Below, piece by piece: positions 46,421-55,476 of a stretch of 64,000 nucleotides of DNA. The stretch comes from Mycobacteriales bacterium (GTDB lineage: Bacteria; Actinomycetota; Actinomycetes; JAFAQI01). The stretch is from the NCBI GenBank assembly GCA_036268295.1, contig DATAUK010000009.1, positions 1,625 through 65,624 on the forward strand, written 5' to 3'. The stretch's first letter is position 1, and the number at the start of each line of letters is the position of its first letter. The position numbers and the translations under genes were made by a program. The notes beneath the pieces were generated by a model, which saw only the letters and a list, made by a program, of their open reading frames with translations, was not told the origin of the DNA and did no database searches.

Positions 46421-47151
46421 GAGTCACCATCGCCGGCGCCGGCAACGTCGGCCGGTCGATCGCCCAGGAACTGGTCGGCAACGGCCATCACGTAACGCTG
46501 ATCGAGCGCGAGCCACGAGCGTTCAAGACCGAGAGCGTGCCCGGCGCCGAGTGGCTGCTCGCCGATGCTTGCGAGCTCAGCTCGCTCGAGCTGGCCCAGC
46601 TCCAGGAGAGCACCGTGGTGGTCGCGGCGACCGGCGACGACAAGGTCAACCTCGTCGTCTCACTTCTCGCGAAGACCGAGTACGGCGTCCCGCGGGTCGT
46701 CGCGCGGGTCAATCATCCGAAGAACGAGTGGCTGTTCAACGAGTCGTGGGGGGTCGACGTCTCGGTGTCGACGCCGCGGCTGCTCTCCGCGTTGGTCGAG
46801 GAGGCGGTGACGGTCGGCGACCTGGTGCGGCTGCTGTCGTTCCGCCACGGCGAGGCCAACCTGGTCGAGATCACGCTGCCGCACGACACGGATCATGCCG
46901 GTCAGCGGGTCGGCTCGATGGCGTGGCCACCGGACGTCGCGCTGGTCGCGATCCTGCGTGACGCCCGGGTCATGGTGCCTACCGCCGACGACCCGCTCGA
47001 GGCCGGTGACGAGCTGTTGTTCGTCGCCAGCCCCGACCAGGAAGATGCCCTGCACGATGTGCTCGCGACCGGAGCGCTAGCGAGGGCCGACGAGCCCACC
47101 GCAGAAGCCGAGCCCACCGAACAAGCCGGATCAGACCCCGTCGAGGACTAG
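46417..47151 (+). CDS. trkA: TrkA-family potassium uptake protein (CeoC-like)
   Basis: MRVTIAGAGNVGRSIAQEL. GTGA overlap with the upstream trkA. Confidence 0.88.
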   Translation: MRVTIAGAGNVGRSIAQELVGNGHHVTLIEREPRAFKTESVPGAEWLLADACELSSLELAQLQESTVVVAATGDDKVNLVVSLLAKTEYGVPRVVARVNHPKNEWLFNESWGVDVSVSTPRLLSALVEEAVTVGDLVRLLSFRHGEANLVEITLPHDTDHAGQRVGSMAWPPDVALVAILRDARVMVPTADDPLEAGDELLFVASPDQEDALHDVLATGALARADEPTAEAEPTEQAGSDPVED

Positions 47152-47511
47152 CTCGTAACGCGGGTTGAAGATCATCCGCCGGGTGCCGTTCGAGGTGATC
47201 CTTCCGGTCGCCCGAAGCTGGCGCCCCGGCGACAGCCCGGCGATCTCACGGCGTCCGAGCCAGACCAGGGTGACGCTGCCGCTGCCGTCGTAGAGCTCGA
47301 CCTCCAATGACGGCGCGCCGGCCCGGGGGCGCAGCGTGAGCGACCGGACCGTTCCGTGGACGGTGACCAGCGCTCGCTCGCCACAGGCTGCGACCGTCGT
47401 AGCGCCGCTCGAAAGCGCCTGTCGCTGCAGATCGTCGGCTTCGAGCTCGGAGTCTTCGCTCGCCAGCCGACGTACCGCGCGGCGCAGCCGCCCACCTTCG
47501 CTCTCATTCAC
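47131..47511 (-). CDS. OB-fold nucleic-acid-binding domain protein
   Basis: 126 aa. V.VHG.V.SLTLRP....PSLEVELYDGSG.V.LVWLGRR.I.G..PGR.L...GR is conserved beside trkA/DUF3710 in actinobacteria. Confidence 0.7.
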   Translation of the reverse strand: MNESEGGRLRRAVRRLASEDSELEADDLQRQALSSGATTVAACGERALVTVHGTVRSLTLRPRAGAPSLEVELYDGSGSVTLVWLGRREIAGLSPGRQLRATGRITSNGTRRMIFNPRYELVLDGV

Positions 47512-48272
47512 TGGATCTCCGTGATCTCCGGGCCGCGTTCGGGAAGCCTTAGGGTGCGGTCGGGCACCGGCGGCAACGGCAGCTCGACGGCTTCGCGCGG
47601 CAGGTGCAGCGGCAGCATGTCGCGCGGCGCCATCGCATCGCCGCCGCGTTGGACCACCACGTGGCGAAAAGCGTCCTCGAGCCGCTTGGCCTGGCTCGCG
47701 TCGGTTGAGCCGGGGCCGGTCAGCAGACCCCGCAGGAACCAGCGCGGCCCGTCGACGCCGAGGAACCGGGCCGGCTGGGTGGCGCCGTTCTCGACCGGGA
47801 TCCGCGCTCGAAGCTCGACGCCGAACGGCCCGTCGGCGTCATCCGCGGTGCCGCCGGCCGACTTCAGTGACGCCGCGATCTCGGTGCGGACCTCGGTCCA
47901 GAGACCGCTGGACTTCGGTGCCGCGAACGCGTGCACCTGCAACTGGCTGTTGCCGTCGATCAGGGACGCCGCAACCGGGACGTCGTCCTGCACCTCGACC
48001 CGGACCTCGAGGCCGTCGGGCACCGGCATCAGCATCCCGCCGAGGTCGACTCGCGGCACCTCGTCCTCCGGCGCGTCATGAGAGTCCCAGGGCCCGGTCG
48101 GGCGCGGTGCTACGGCGACCGCGTAGTCCTCGTCGTACCTCGCATCAGGATCGTCGGCATCGACGGCATCAGACGGGTCGTCCTCGTCGAAGTCGTCGAA
48201 GTCGTCGTCGAGATCGACCGGATCGACCGGATCGGCCTGCTCGTCGGTCTCGCGGCGGCGTCGGAACACCAT
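47508..48272 (-). CDS. DUF3710 domain protein
   Basis: From ATG 48272: [12 protein letters not shown], then an acidic tract, GPWDS, VDLGGMLMP, LQVHAFAAPKS.GLW and RFLGVDGPRWFLRG. Confidence 0.75.
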   Translation of the reverse strand: MVFRRRRETDEQADPVDPVDLDDDFDDFDEDDPSDAVDADDPDARYDEDYAVAVAPRPTGPWDSHDAPEDEVPRVDLGGMLMPVPDGLEVRVEVQDDVPVAASLIDGNSQLQVHAFAAPKSSGLWTEVRTEIAASLKSAGGTADDADGPFGVELRARIPVENGATQPARFLGVDGPRWFLRGLLTGPGSTDASQAKRLEDAFRHVVVQRGGDAMAPRDMLPLHLPREAVELPLPPVPDRTLRLPERGPEITEIQ

Positions 48273-48760
48273 CAACTCCTTCTCGGGCGGTTGTCTCCAT
48301 CGTCGACCCAACCGCCGGTTGATCCAAACCCACCGTCGCCTCGCACCGAGTCCGGCAGCTCGTCGACCTCGACGAAGTCTGCCCGCTCGACCCGCTGGAT
48401 AACGAGCTGGGCGATCCGATCGCCTCGCTGCAACCGGATCGGCGTGACCGGATCGTGGTTGACCATGATGACCTGGATCTCGCCGCGATAGCCGGCATCG
48501 ATAGTGCCCGGTGCGTTGACCAGCGCCATCCCGCAACGCGCCGCGAGCCCGGATCTGGGGTGCACGAAGGCGGCGTAGCCGAGCGGCAGCGCGATCGCCG
48601 TACCGGTCGGCACCACCGCCCGCTCCCCCGGCGCCAGCGTCACGTCCACCGCAGTCACCAGGTCGGCCCCGGCGTCACCGTCATGGGAGTACGACGGTGC
48701 CGGCAGCTCGGGATCGAGGCGGCGGAGCAGCACCTCGACGGCGTGGGGTTGTTGGCTCAT
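48272..48760 (-). CDS. dut: dUTP diphosphatase
   Basis: [27 protein letters not shown] and RIAQL match Dut. Start is ATG 48760 or GTG 48772. Confidence 0.92.
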   Translation of the reverse strand: MSQQPHAVEVLLRRLDPELPAPSYSHDGDAGADLVTAVDVTLAPGERAVVPTGTAIALPLGYAAFVHPRSGLAARCGMALVNAPGTIDAGYRGEIQVIMVNHDPVTPIRLQRGDRIAQLVIQRVERADFVEVDELPDSVRGDGGFGSTGGWVDDGDNRPRRS

Positions 48761-48809
48761 GGTCGGCGGCACCCTACCGACACCGCGTGGGGCTGCATAG
48801 GCTGGGCCG

Positions 48810-49271
48810 GTGCCTTCCCACGACGAGCGGCTCTACGTGCCGCTGAGCTGGTGGCCGGTGCTGATCGCGATCGTGGTGTTCGGCGCGCTCGAGGTGGGCT
48901 CCGGCTTCAGCCTTGTCGTGCTGATCCCGGTCGCGATCTTCCTGTTCGGGTTCTTCATCGTGCCGCTCGCGCTGAGCGGCCGGATGCGGGTCCAGCTCAG
49001 GGACGGCGTACTGATCGCGGACAAGCAGGAGCTGCCGGTGATGCAGGTCACAACGATCACCCCACTGGACCGCGAGGCGACCCGGCTGCGGCTCGGGCCA
49101 CAGGCCGACCCGGCGGCGCACACCGTGGTCCGGGGCTGGGTCGGCTCGTCGGTGATGCTCAAGCTGTCGAATCCCGACCCGGTCCCCTACTGGGTCGTCT
49201 CGACCCGGCACCCGGACGAGCTGGTCGCCAAGATCAAGCAAGCCCGAAACGAGATCCGCGCCGCTCGCTAA
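48810..49271 (+). CDS. DUF3093 domain membrane protein
   Basis: YVPLSWW, two TM helices, then L.DG.L.A....LP......I..LD. It holds the conserved position opposite dut. Confidence 0.7.
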   Translation: MPSHDERLYVPLSWWPVLIAIVVFGALEVGSGFSLVVLIPVAIFLFGFFIVPLALSGRMRVQLRDGVLIADKQELPVMQVTTITPLDREATRLRLGPQADPAAHTVVRGWVGSSVMLKLSNPDPVPYWVVSTRHPDELVAKIKQARNEIRAAR

Positions 49272-50476
49272 CGAACAACCGCTGCCGCGAGCGCCGGCGC
49301 AAGATCGCCGCGGGGCTCGACCACGATGTCGTCGAGGCCGAGCCAATTCGCCATCAGCGCCAGCTCGGCGGCAAGCTCGGCAGCCGTTTCCGCCGGCGCT
49401 TTCGGCTCCGCCCAGGACGACCGCACCCGCAGCACTCGCAGCGCCCGGTCGGCCTTCAGGTCGACCCGCGCGACCAGCGAGTCGCCGAGCAGGAACGGCA
49501 GCACGTAGTAGCCATGAACCCGCTTGGCGGCAGGAACGTAGATCTCGATCCGGTAGCGGAAACCGAACAGCCGCTCGGTGCGCTCGCGCTCCCAAATCAG
49601 CGGATCGAACGGCACCAGCAACGCCCGGCCGGCCATCCGGCGCGGGATGATCACCTCAGGTACGGCGTAGGCCGGCAGCGCCCATCCGCGTACCTCGACC
49701 TGCTCGAGCCGGCCGTCCTCGACCAGCTCGGCGAGCCGCGGCCGGGCCTGCGGGTTCCTCAGCCGGTAGTAGTCGGCCAGGTCGCCGAGCGTCCCCACGC
49801 CATGGCAGCGGGCAGCGATCATCAGCAGCTCGCGCTGCGCCTCGTGCGCGTCAGGGGTCGGCAGCGCGAGGATCCCCGGCGGCAGCACCCGCTCCGGAAC
49901 GTCGTAGAGCCGCTCGAAGTTGCGCCTCGTGGCGGTCGTGATGCGCCCGACGTAGAACAGGTATTCCAGCGCTGTCTTCGCATCCGTCCAGTTCCAGCCC
50001 CACTGATCGGTGCCGCGCTTGCGGTCCTCAGCGACTTCACCTGCCGAGACCGGGCCGCGCGCGACGACCTCGTCGTAAACCCACTCGACGTAGTGCGGCC
50101 GCTCCGCGGTGAGCTTGGCCAGCCGGCCCCAGTTGTCCAGCCGATTCTCCCAGTAGCTCATCCGCCAGCGCATCAGCGGATGCAGCTCGACCGGCAGCAG
50201 CGCTGCCTCGTGGCCCCAGTATTCGAACAGCTCGCGGTGGGTGAACGCGGTCCGGTCGACCAGGGTCGCGTCGTATGGCCCGAGCCGGGAGTACGCCGGC
50301 AGGTAATGGGCCCGCGCCAGCACGTTGACGCTGTCGATCTGCAGCTGTCCGGTGTGTCTCAGCACCCGGCGCAGGTGGCGGCGATCCGGTGCCACGCTCG
50401 GCCTGGTGCCGGTGAGGCCCTGCGCCACGATCGCCAGCCGGCGAGCCTGATCGACCGAGAGCGATCGAGGCGACAT
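49268..50476 (-). CDS. winged-helix YcaQ/AlkZ-family protein (putative DNA interstrand-crosslink glycosylase)
   Basis: LSVDQARRLAIVAQGL, LQIDSVNVLARAHYLP.YSRLG.Y, F.EYWGHEA, RFRYRIEIYVPA.KR.HGYYVLPFL. Confidence 0.75.
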   Translation of the reverse strand: MSPRSLSVDQARRLAIVAQGLTGTRPSVAPDRRHLRRVLRHTGQLQIDSVNVLARAHYLPAYSRLGPYDATLVDRTAFTHRELFEYWGHEAALLPVELHPLMRWRMSYWENRLDNWGRLAKLTAERPHYVEWVYDEVVARGPVSAGEVAEDRKRGTDQWGWNWTDAKTALEYLFYVGRITTATRRNFERLYDVPERVLPPGILALPTPDAHEAQRELLMIAARCHGVGTLGDLADYYRLRNPQARPRLAELVEDGRLEQVEVRGWALPAYAVPEVIIPRRMAGRALLVPFDPLIWERERTERLFGFRYRIEIYVPAAKRVHGYYVLPFLLGDSLVARVDLKADRALRVLRVRSSWAEPKAPAETAAELAAELALMANWLGLDDIVVEPRGDLAPALAAAVVR

Positions 50477-50536
50477 CTGGGCATCCTGTCAGGCGCCGAC
50501 GACACCGCCGACGCCGTGTCGTGCCACGCTGTGACC

Positions 50537-50878
50537 ATGGCGAAGCGCAGCGAGAAACAGATCGACCCGCCGGATGAGCCGCCGCCGGACAAAGGCAGCG
50601 GCAAGATCGGCTACAAGATTCTCGCGTCGCTGGGCGCGACCGCCGGCACCGCGGTCGCCCGCAAGGCGGTCAAGGCGACCTGGCGGACCGCGACCGGCAA
50701 GCCACCGCCGGAGACGCCTGAGCATCCGGATGTCAGGTGGGGAGAAGCCGCGACCTGGGCAGCGGTGTCCGCGGCCGCGGTTGCTGTGGCGAAGCTGATG
50801 GCTCAGCGCCGGGTCGCCGCGACCTGGCGGCGGGCCTCAGGTGTGTTGCCACCCGGATTGGACGAATCAGCCGACTGA
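50537..50878 (+). CDS. DUF4235 domain protein
   Basis: 113 aa at the end of the artefactual 807-aa ORF. KIGYKILASLGATAGTAVARKAVKATW and WAAVSAAAVAVAKLMAQR. Confidence 0.6.
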   Translation: MAKRSEKQIDPPDEPPPDKGSGKIGYKILASLGATAGTAVARKAVKATWRTATGKPPPETPEHPDVRWGEAATWAAVSAAAVAVAKLMAQRRVAATWRRASGVLPPGLDESAD

Positions 50879-50897
50879 TTTGGCTACCGTGACGCCC

Positions 50898-52109
50898 ATG
50901 GTGGTGCGGGGTGGCGCGGTCCGAACGCTCGCGGCGATCCCCAACCTCGACGCGCTGTTCAGCGCGCATCTGCATCAGGGCGTGTCGTCGGCGCTCGCCG
51001 ACGAGCGGGGCTCGGTGGTGTTCGAGGCGCCGCCGGTGGGCTCCTGGACGATCCGCTTCGACCGCGGTCGGGTGCGGCTGCAGCGAGGCCGCGCAGCGCG
51101 GCCGCGATCCCGGATCACTGCTGACCCGGCCACGATGGCCGCCGTCCTCGACGGACGGATCTCCGGCGTCGAGGCCTACCTCGACCACGGCCTGACGGTC
51201 CGTGGCGATCTGGCATTTGCACTGCAGATGGATGGCGCGTTCGACGTCGGCGAACGGCCGACCTCGCACCCGGTCGTCAAGGCCGCAACGGTGCTCGGCG
51301 TCCGCTGCGTCTACCTCGAGGCCGGGCCGCCGGACGCACCGCCGCTGTTGCTGCTCCACGGTCTCGGTGGCACGAATGCATCGATGCTGCCGCTGCTGCC
51401 CGACCTGGCCCGCGACCACCGGGTGATCGCCCCGGACTTCCCCGGTTTCGGCGCCTCCGGAGCACCGCACTGGCGCTACCGGGCGAGCAACCTCGCGGCC
51501 TGGCTGCGCGCCTTCCAGGAGGCCATCGCCGCCACACCGGCGACGATCATCGGCAACTCGCTCGGCGGCCGGGTCGCGATCGAGGCCGGTCTCGCCAACC
51601 CGGAGCTCGTCGAGCGGCTCATCCTGCTCTGCCCGTCACCGGCGTTCCGCCAGTTCCGCCAGTTCGTGCCGCTGGTGCGGCTGCTGCCGCCGGATGCCGC
51701 GCTCTCGCCGCTGCCGCTGCCACATCGGGCCATCGTGATGGCGATCCGCTCGATCTTCGCCGAGCCCGACCGGCTCCCGGATGCCTGGTACGACTCCGCG
51801 GCTGACGAGCATCTGCGGGTGATGAAGCGCTATGGCCATCGCCGCGCGTTTTATTCGGCGATGCGCGAGATCTACCTCGAGGCGGCGTACGGCGAGAACG
51901 GCTTCTGGGACCGGCTGCCGCATCTCCGCGTGCCGGCGCTGTTCGTGTGGGGTGACCGCGACTGGCTGGTGCCGGCGTCCTACGGCCGCTACGTCGATCG
52001 GGCGGTGCCGCACGCCGAGTCGGTCGTGCTCGCCGACTGCGGGCACGTCCCCCAGTTCGAGCATCCGAACCGGACCGCCGAGCTGATCCGCGAGTTCCTG
52101 AGTCGCTAA
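50898..52109 (+). CDS. SCP2-like domain fused to alpha/beta hydrolase
   Basis: The N-terminus DPATMAAVLDGRISGVEAYLDHGLTVRGDLAFALQM is SCP2-like. Then LLLLHGLGG, the nucleophile elbow GNSLGG and DCGHVPQFE. Confidence 0.75.
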   Translation: MVVRGGAVRTLAAIPNLDALFSAHLHQGVSSALADERGSVVFEAPPVGSWTIRFDRGRVRLQRGRAARPRSRITADPATMAAVLDGRISGVEAYLDHGLTVRGDLAFALQMDGAFDVGERPTSHPVVKAATVLGVRCVYLEAGPPDAPPLLLLHGLGGTNASMLPLLPDLARDHRVIAPDFPGFGASGAPHWRYRASNLAAWLRAFQEAIAATPATIIGNSLGGRVAIEAGLANPELVERLILLCPSPAFRQFRQFVPLVRLLPPDAALSPLPLPHRAIVMAIRSIFAEPDRLPDAWYDSAADEHLRVMKRYGHRRAFYSAMREIYLEAAYGENGFWDRLPHLRVPALFVWGDRDWLVPASYGRYVDRAVPHAESVVLADCGHVPQFEHPNRTAELIREFLSR

Positions 52110-52873
52110 CGGACCCGGCCGCCAAGGTCCTTGGCGATGGTGGCGCCGAGTTTGCGGGTTTCGCGGGAGTTCAACGACGCGCCGGCGACCGCGCCGGCCA
52201 TGAATGGCAGTACGGTCGCGACGTTCTCGCCGGCCCGGCGCATCACCCGGCGCCGTAGCTCGCGGCGGGCGGTGCCGCCGACCAGACCGGCCAGCCCGGT
52301 GCCGCCGGCCCGGTCGAGGCCTCGCTTTCGGGTCCAGGCACCGAGGTAGGCCGCGGTGCGTACCGCGGGAGTGCCGACCACGGCTCGGCCGTAGACCTCG
52401 TGGAGCTCCGCAACCAGCTTCAGCTCGATCGTGACCACGGCCAGCGTCTCGGCCGCGACCTGCACCGGTGAGGTCAGCAGCAGCGGCGGCGCGGTGAACT
52501 CCATCGAGGACACCACTCCACCGGCGGCTCCGATTGCCGCGGTGGCCCGCGCCGCCGCCTCGATGAGCACCTTGGCCAGCGCATCGCCGGTCAGGCCGTC
52601 GTGATGGGAACGCAGCGTGGCGAGATCCCGGATCGGGACGTGCGGCGCGAACTCCTCGACGGTGTCGGTCAGCCAGCGGCCACTGCCGACCGCGGCCGCG
52701 CCGGCCTTGCGGGCGCTGCCGGCCAAGGCGACGGTTAGCCGGCCGAGCAGCCCGGCACGAGCGCGACGGTCCAGCGATGGATCGTCAATCAATCGGACGA
52801 CCACGCCGGACACCTCGCGCGCGGCGGTCTGCTCCGAAGCCGGTGACCGCCGCTTGCGGCTCAGGCCGCGCAC
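52106..52873 (-). CDS. conserved hypothetical protein (EcsC-like by recollection)
   Basis: 255 aa, Ala/Gly-rich with ordinary periodicity. Start is GTG 52873 or GTG 52813. Confidence 0.45.
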   Translation of the reverse strand: MRGLSRKRRSPASEQTAAREVSGVVVRLIDDPSLDRRARAGLLGRLTVALAGSARKAGAAAVGSGRWLTDTVEEFAPHVPIRDLATLRSHHDGLTGDALAKVLIEAAARATAAIGAAGGVVSSMEFTAPPLLLTSPVQVAAETLAVVTIELKLVAELHEVYGRAVVGTPAVRTAAYLGAWTRKRGLDRAGGTGLAGLVGGTARRELRRRVMRRAGENVATVLPFMAGAVAGASLNSRETRKLGATIAKDLGGRVR

Positions 52874-53151
52874 TCCCGGCAGACGCCCTTCTTCTCGTCC
52901 GCGAGCTGACTGCGGTGACGCACCAGGAAGCAGCGGGAGCAGGTGAACTCATCCGCCTGCCGGGGCACCACGCGGACGGTCAGCTCTTCACCGGACAGGT
53001 CAGCGCCCGGGAGCTCCAGCGACTCGGCCAGCTCGGCCTCGTCGACGTCAACCGCGCCGGCTTGGGCGTCACGGCGAGCCTTGAGCTCCTCGATGCTGTC
53101 TTCCGTGGCCTCTTCGTCGGTCGCACGCGGTGTGTCGTAATCGGTTGCCAT
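52861..53151 (-). CDS. DUF4193 domain protein
   Basis: MATDYDTPR...EFTCSRCFLVRHRSQLA......CRECA is the conserved Cys4 tail. Confidence 0.8.
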   Translation of the reverse strand: MATDYDTPRATDEEATEDSIEELKARRDAQAGAVDVDEAELAESLELPGADLSGEELTVRVVPRQADEFTCSRCFLVRHRSQLADEKKGVCRECAA

Positions 53152-53342
53152 CGTGTTTCATACCTGCCTAGTTAGAAGTCCTTGCGCGAGAACGTAACGT
53201 CACAGCGGCTGATTTAATCCCGCCGTTACTGTCGCTTGCCCACCGCGCGGCCGCACGGTACCCGATGTTCGCGCCGAAATGACGCTCCGCCGGTCATCTG
53301 AGCACGGCTGGCTGACAGGATTCGTTCGATTGAGGAGGCCAA

Positions 53343-53861
53343 GTGGTTGTCTATGCGCTCGGTGAGCGGACGCCGTCGATCGACGCCAGCGCCTACGTCC
53401 ACCCGGACGCTGTCGTCATCGGATCGGTCAAGATTGGCCCAAATTCATCGGTTTGGCCCGGTGCTGTGCTCCGTGGTGACTACGGCGAGATCTCGATCGG
53501 CGCCCGTACCTCGATCCAGGACGGCACCGTCATCCACGCGACGCAGGAGCTCTGGACCTCGATCGGCGACGACTGTGTTGTTGGTCACAATGCGCATCTC
53601 GAGGGCTGTGTGGTCGAGGACAAGGCGCTGATCGGCTCCGGGTCGGTCGTCCTTCACCGGGCTATCGTCCGGACCGGCGCGCTGGTCGGCGCCGGTGCCG
53701 TTGTGCCGAACGATCTCGAGGTCCCGAGCGCGGCGATGGCCCTCGGCGTGCCGGCCAAGATCAAGCGTGACGCCGTCCCGTCCGGGGTGATCCAGCTGGC
53801 GGTCGACGTCTACGTCGAGAACGCCGCTCGCTACAAGACCGACCTGCGCCGACTCGACTGA
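53343..53861 (+). CDS. gamma-carbonic-anhydrase-like left-handed beta-helix protein
   Basis: P.ID.SAYVHPDAVVIG.V.IG..SSVWPGAVLRGD.G.I.IG..T.IQDG.V.H and hexapeptide repeats. Confidence 0.85.
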   Translation: MVVYALGERTPSIDASAYVHPDAVVIGSVKIGPNSSVWPGAVLRGDYGEISIGARTSIQDGTVIHATQELWTSIGDDCVVGHNAHLEGCVVEDKALIGSGSVVLHRAIVRTGALVGAGAVVPNDLEVPSAAMALGVPAKIKRDAVPSGVIQLAVDVYVENAARYKTDLRRLD

Positions 53862-53880
53862 TCCAGGTGGATCGGGCCGG

Positions 53881-55416
53881 CTAGGACAACAGCGCCCGCA
53901 CCGCCTTGCGGTCGGTCTTGAACACGCTGGTGAGCGGGATTGCGGACAGGATGCGCACCTCGCGCGGGTATTTCGCCTTCGAGATGTGCTCCCGGGCGAA
54001 CTCCACCAGCTCGGCCGCGGTCACTTCCGAGCCGGGCCGGAGCTGGACGAAGGCGACGACCTCCTCGCCGTACCTCGGATCCGGCTTGCCGACGACCGCG
54101 GCCGCCACCACGTCGGGGTGGGTCAGCATCTCGTCCTCGATGTCGCGGGGATAGACGTTGATCCCGCCCCGGATGATCAGGTCCTTGAGCCGATCGACCA
54201 CGTACAGATAACCGTCGGCGTCGAGCCGTCCGACGTCGCCGGTGTGCAGCCAGCCATCGCGCATCGCGAACGCCGTCTCCTCGGCGGCATTCCAGTAGCC
54301 GGTCATCAGGACGGGGCCACGGACGCAGATCTCGCCGTTCTCACCGAGCGCGGCGTCCCCACCCTCAGCGGTCTCTAACCGGACCTCGACCCCGGGCACC
54401 GGCTTCCCGACGCTGCCGGGCCGCACCGCGCCGAGCGGCGACGTCGCGATCAGCGCGGCCGACTCGGTGCAGCCATAGCCCTCGCCGACCTCGACGTCCG
54501 GCAGCCGCCGCGCTACCTCATCCCTAGTCTCGTGCAGCAGCGGCGCGGCACCGCAGGCGATCCGCCGCAGCGCCGAGAGGTCATAGTCCTCGAGCGGCTG
54601 CGCGAGCAGCATCTGCAGCATCGACGGGACCACCGCGGCGACCTGGACGTGATGCTCGGAGGCAAGCGCGAGCATCGCGGCCGGGCCGAACCAGCGCATC
54701 AGCACCGCGGTGCCGGGCTCCGGAGCATGCAGGCTCAGCGTCGACACCAGCAGCCCGTAGGCGTGCGAGAGCGGCAACGGCAGCAGCGAGGTGTGAAGCG
54801 CCGGGTCGTAGCTGACCGAGGTCGCCGCCCAGGCCGCCGCCGACATCGCGTTGTGGCTGAGCATCACGCCCTTCGAGCGACCGGTGGTGCCGCCGGTGTA
54901 GAGCAGTGCCGCCAGCGAGTCAGGGTCGGACGCAACGAGGTCGCTGTCCTGGGCCATCTCGAGCTCGGCGAATGACAGCGTCCCGTCCCCGTCGCCGCCG
55001 GCGAGGATGACCCCGCGCACGGTGGCGAGGCCGGCCGAAGCGGCCTGCACCTTCGACAGGAACTCCGGGGTGGTGACGACGTACGACGCCTCGCTGTCGG
55101 CGAGGACATGGCGAAGCTCCTCGTCGCTGAGCAGGAACAGGACCGGCGTAGTGACTGCACCGGCCCGCCAGATCGCGTTGTAGCTCAACCCGACTTCGGC
55201 GCAGTTCGACATGCAGACGACGACCCGCTCGCCGGGCCGCAGCCCCGCCTCGCGTAGGCCTTGCGAGAGCCGCCGGGTCCGGGTCGCGAGGGTCGCGCTG
55301 TCGAACCGCTCGGTCTCGAAGATCAGCGTCGAGGCATCGCCGACTCGTTGCCAGGCGGCCTCGGCCAGCTGCTGGAGGCTGGCGCCGGTCGGAGCGGTCA
55401 CGAGGGTCGTTGTCAT
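53881..55416 (-). CDS. AMP-dependent acyl-CoA synthetase/ligase
   Basis: LLYTGGTTGRSKGVMLSH (AMP-binding motif), GEGYG.TE, GWLHTGD and DRLKDLII.GG.NVYP. Confidence 0.88.
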   Translation of the reverse strand: MTTTLVTAPTGASLQQLAEAAWQRVGDASTLIFETERFDSATLATRTRRLSQGLREAGLRPGERVVVCMSNCAEVGLSYNAIWRAGAVTTPVLFLLSDEELRHVLADSEASYVVTTPEFLSKVQAASAGLATVRGVILAGGDGDGTLSFAELEMAQDSDLVASDPDSLAALLYTGGTTGRSKGVMLSHNAMSAAAWAATSVSYDPALHTSLLPLPLSHAYGLLVSTLSLHAPEPGTAVLMRWFGPAAMLALASEHHVQVAAVVPSMLQMLLAQPLEDYDLSALRRIACGAAPLLHETRDEVARRLPDVEVGEGYGCTESAALIATSPLGAVRPGSVGKPVPGVEVRLETAEGGDAALGENGEICVRGPVLMTGYWNAAEETAFAMRDGWLHTGDVGRLDADGYLYVVDRLKDLIIRGGINVYPRDIEDEMLTHPDVVAAAVVGKPDPRYGEEVVAFVQLRPGSEVTAAELVEFAREHISKAKYPREVRILSAIPLTSVFKTDRKAVRALLS

Positions 55417-55476
55417 GTCGACTACTGTGCACCGAACGAGGTTCGGATACATCAGCGCGGGTCATTAGGAGGCAGC

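Noticed and set aside
48455-50878. 807-aa plus-strand ORF, the longest in the track
   Set aside because: It is extremely Arg/Gly/Pro-rich and lies antisense to dut and the YcaQ/AlkZ-like gene, which have clear family motifs. Only its last 113 codons (50537..50878, DUF4235-like) look real.
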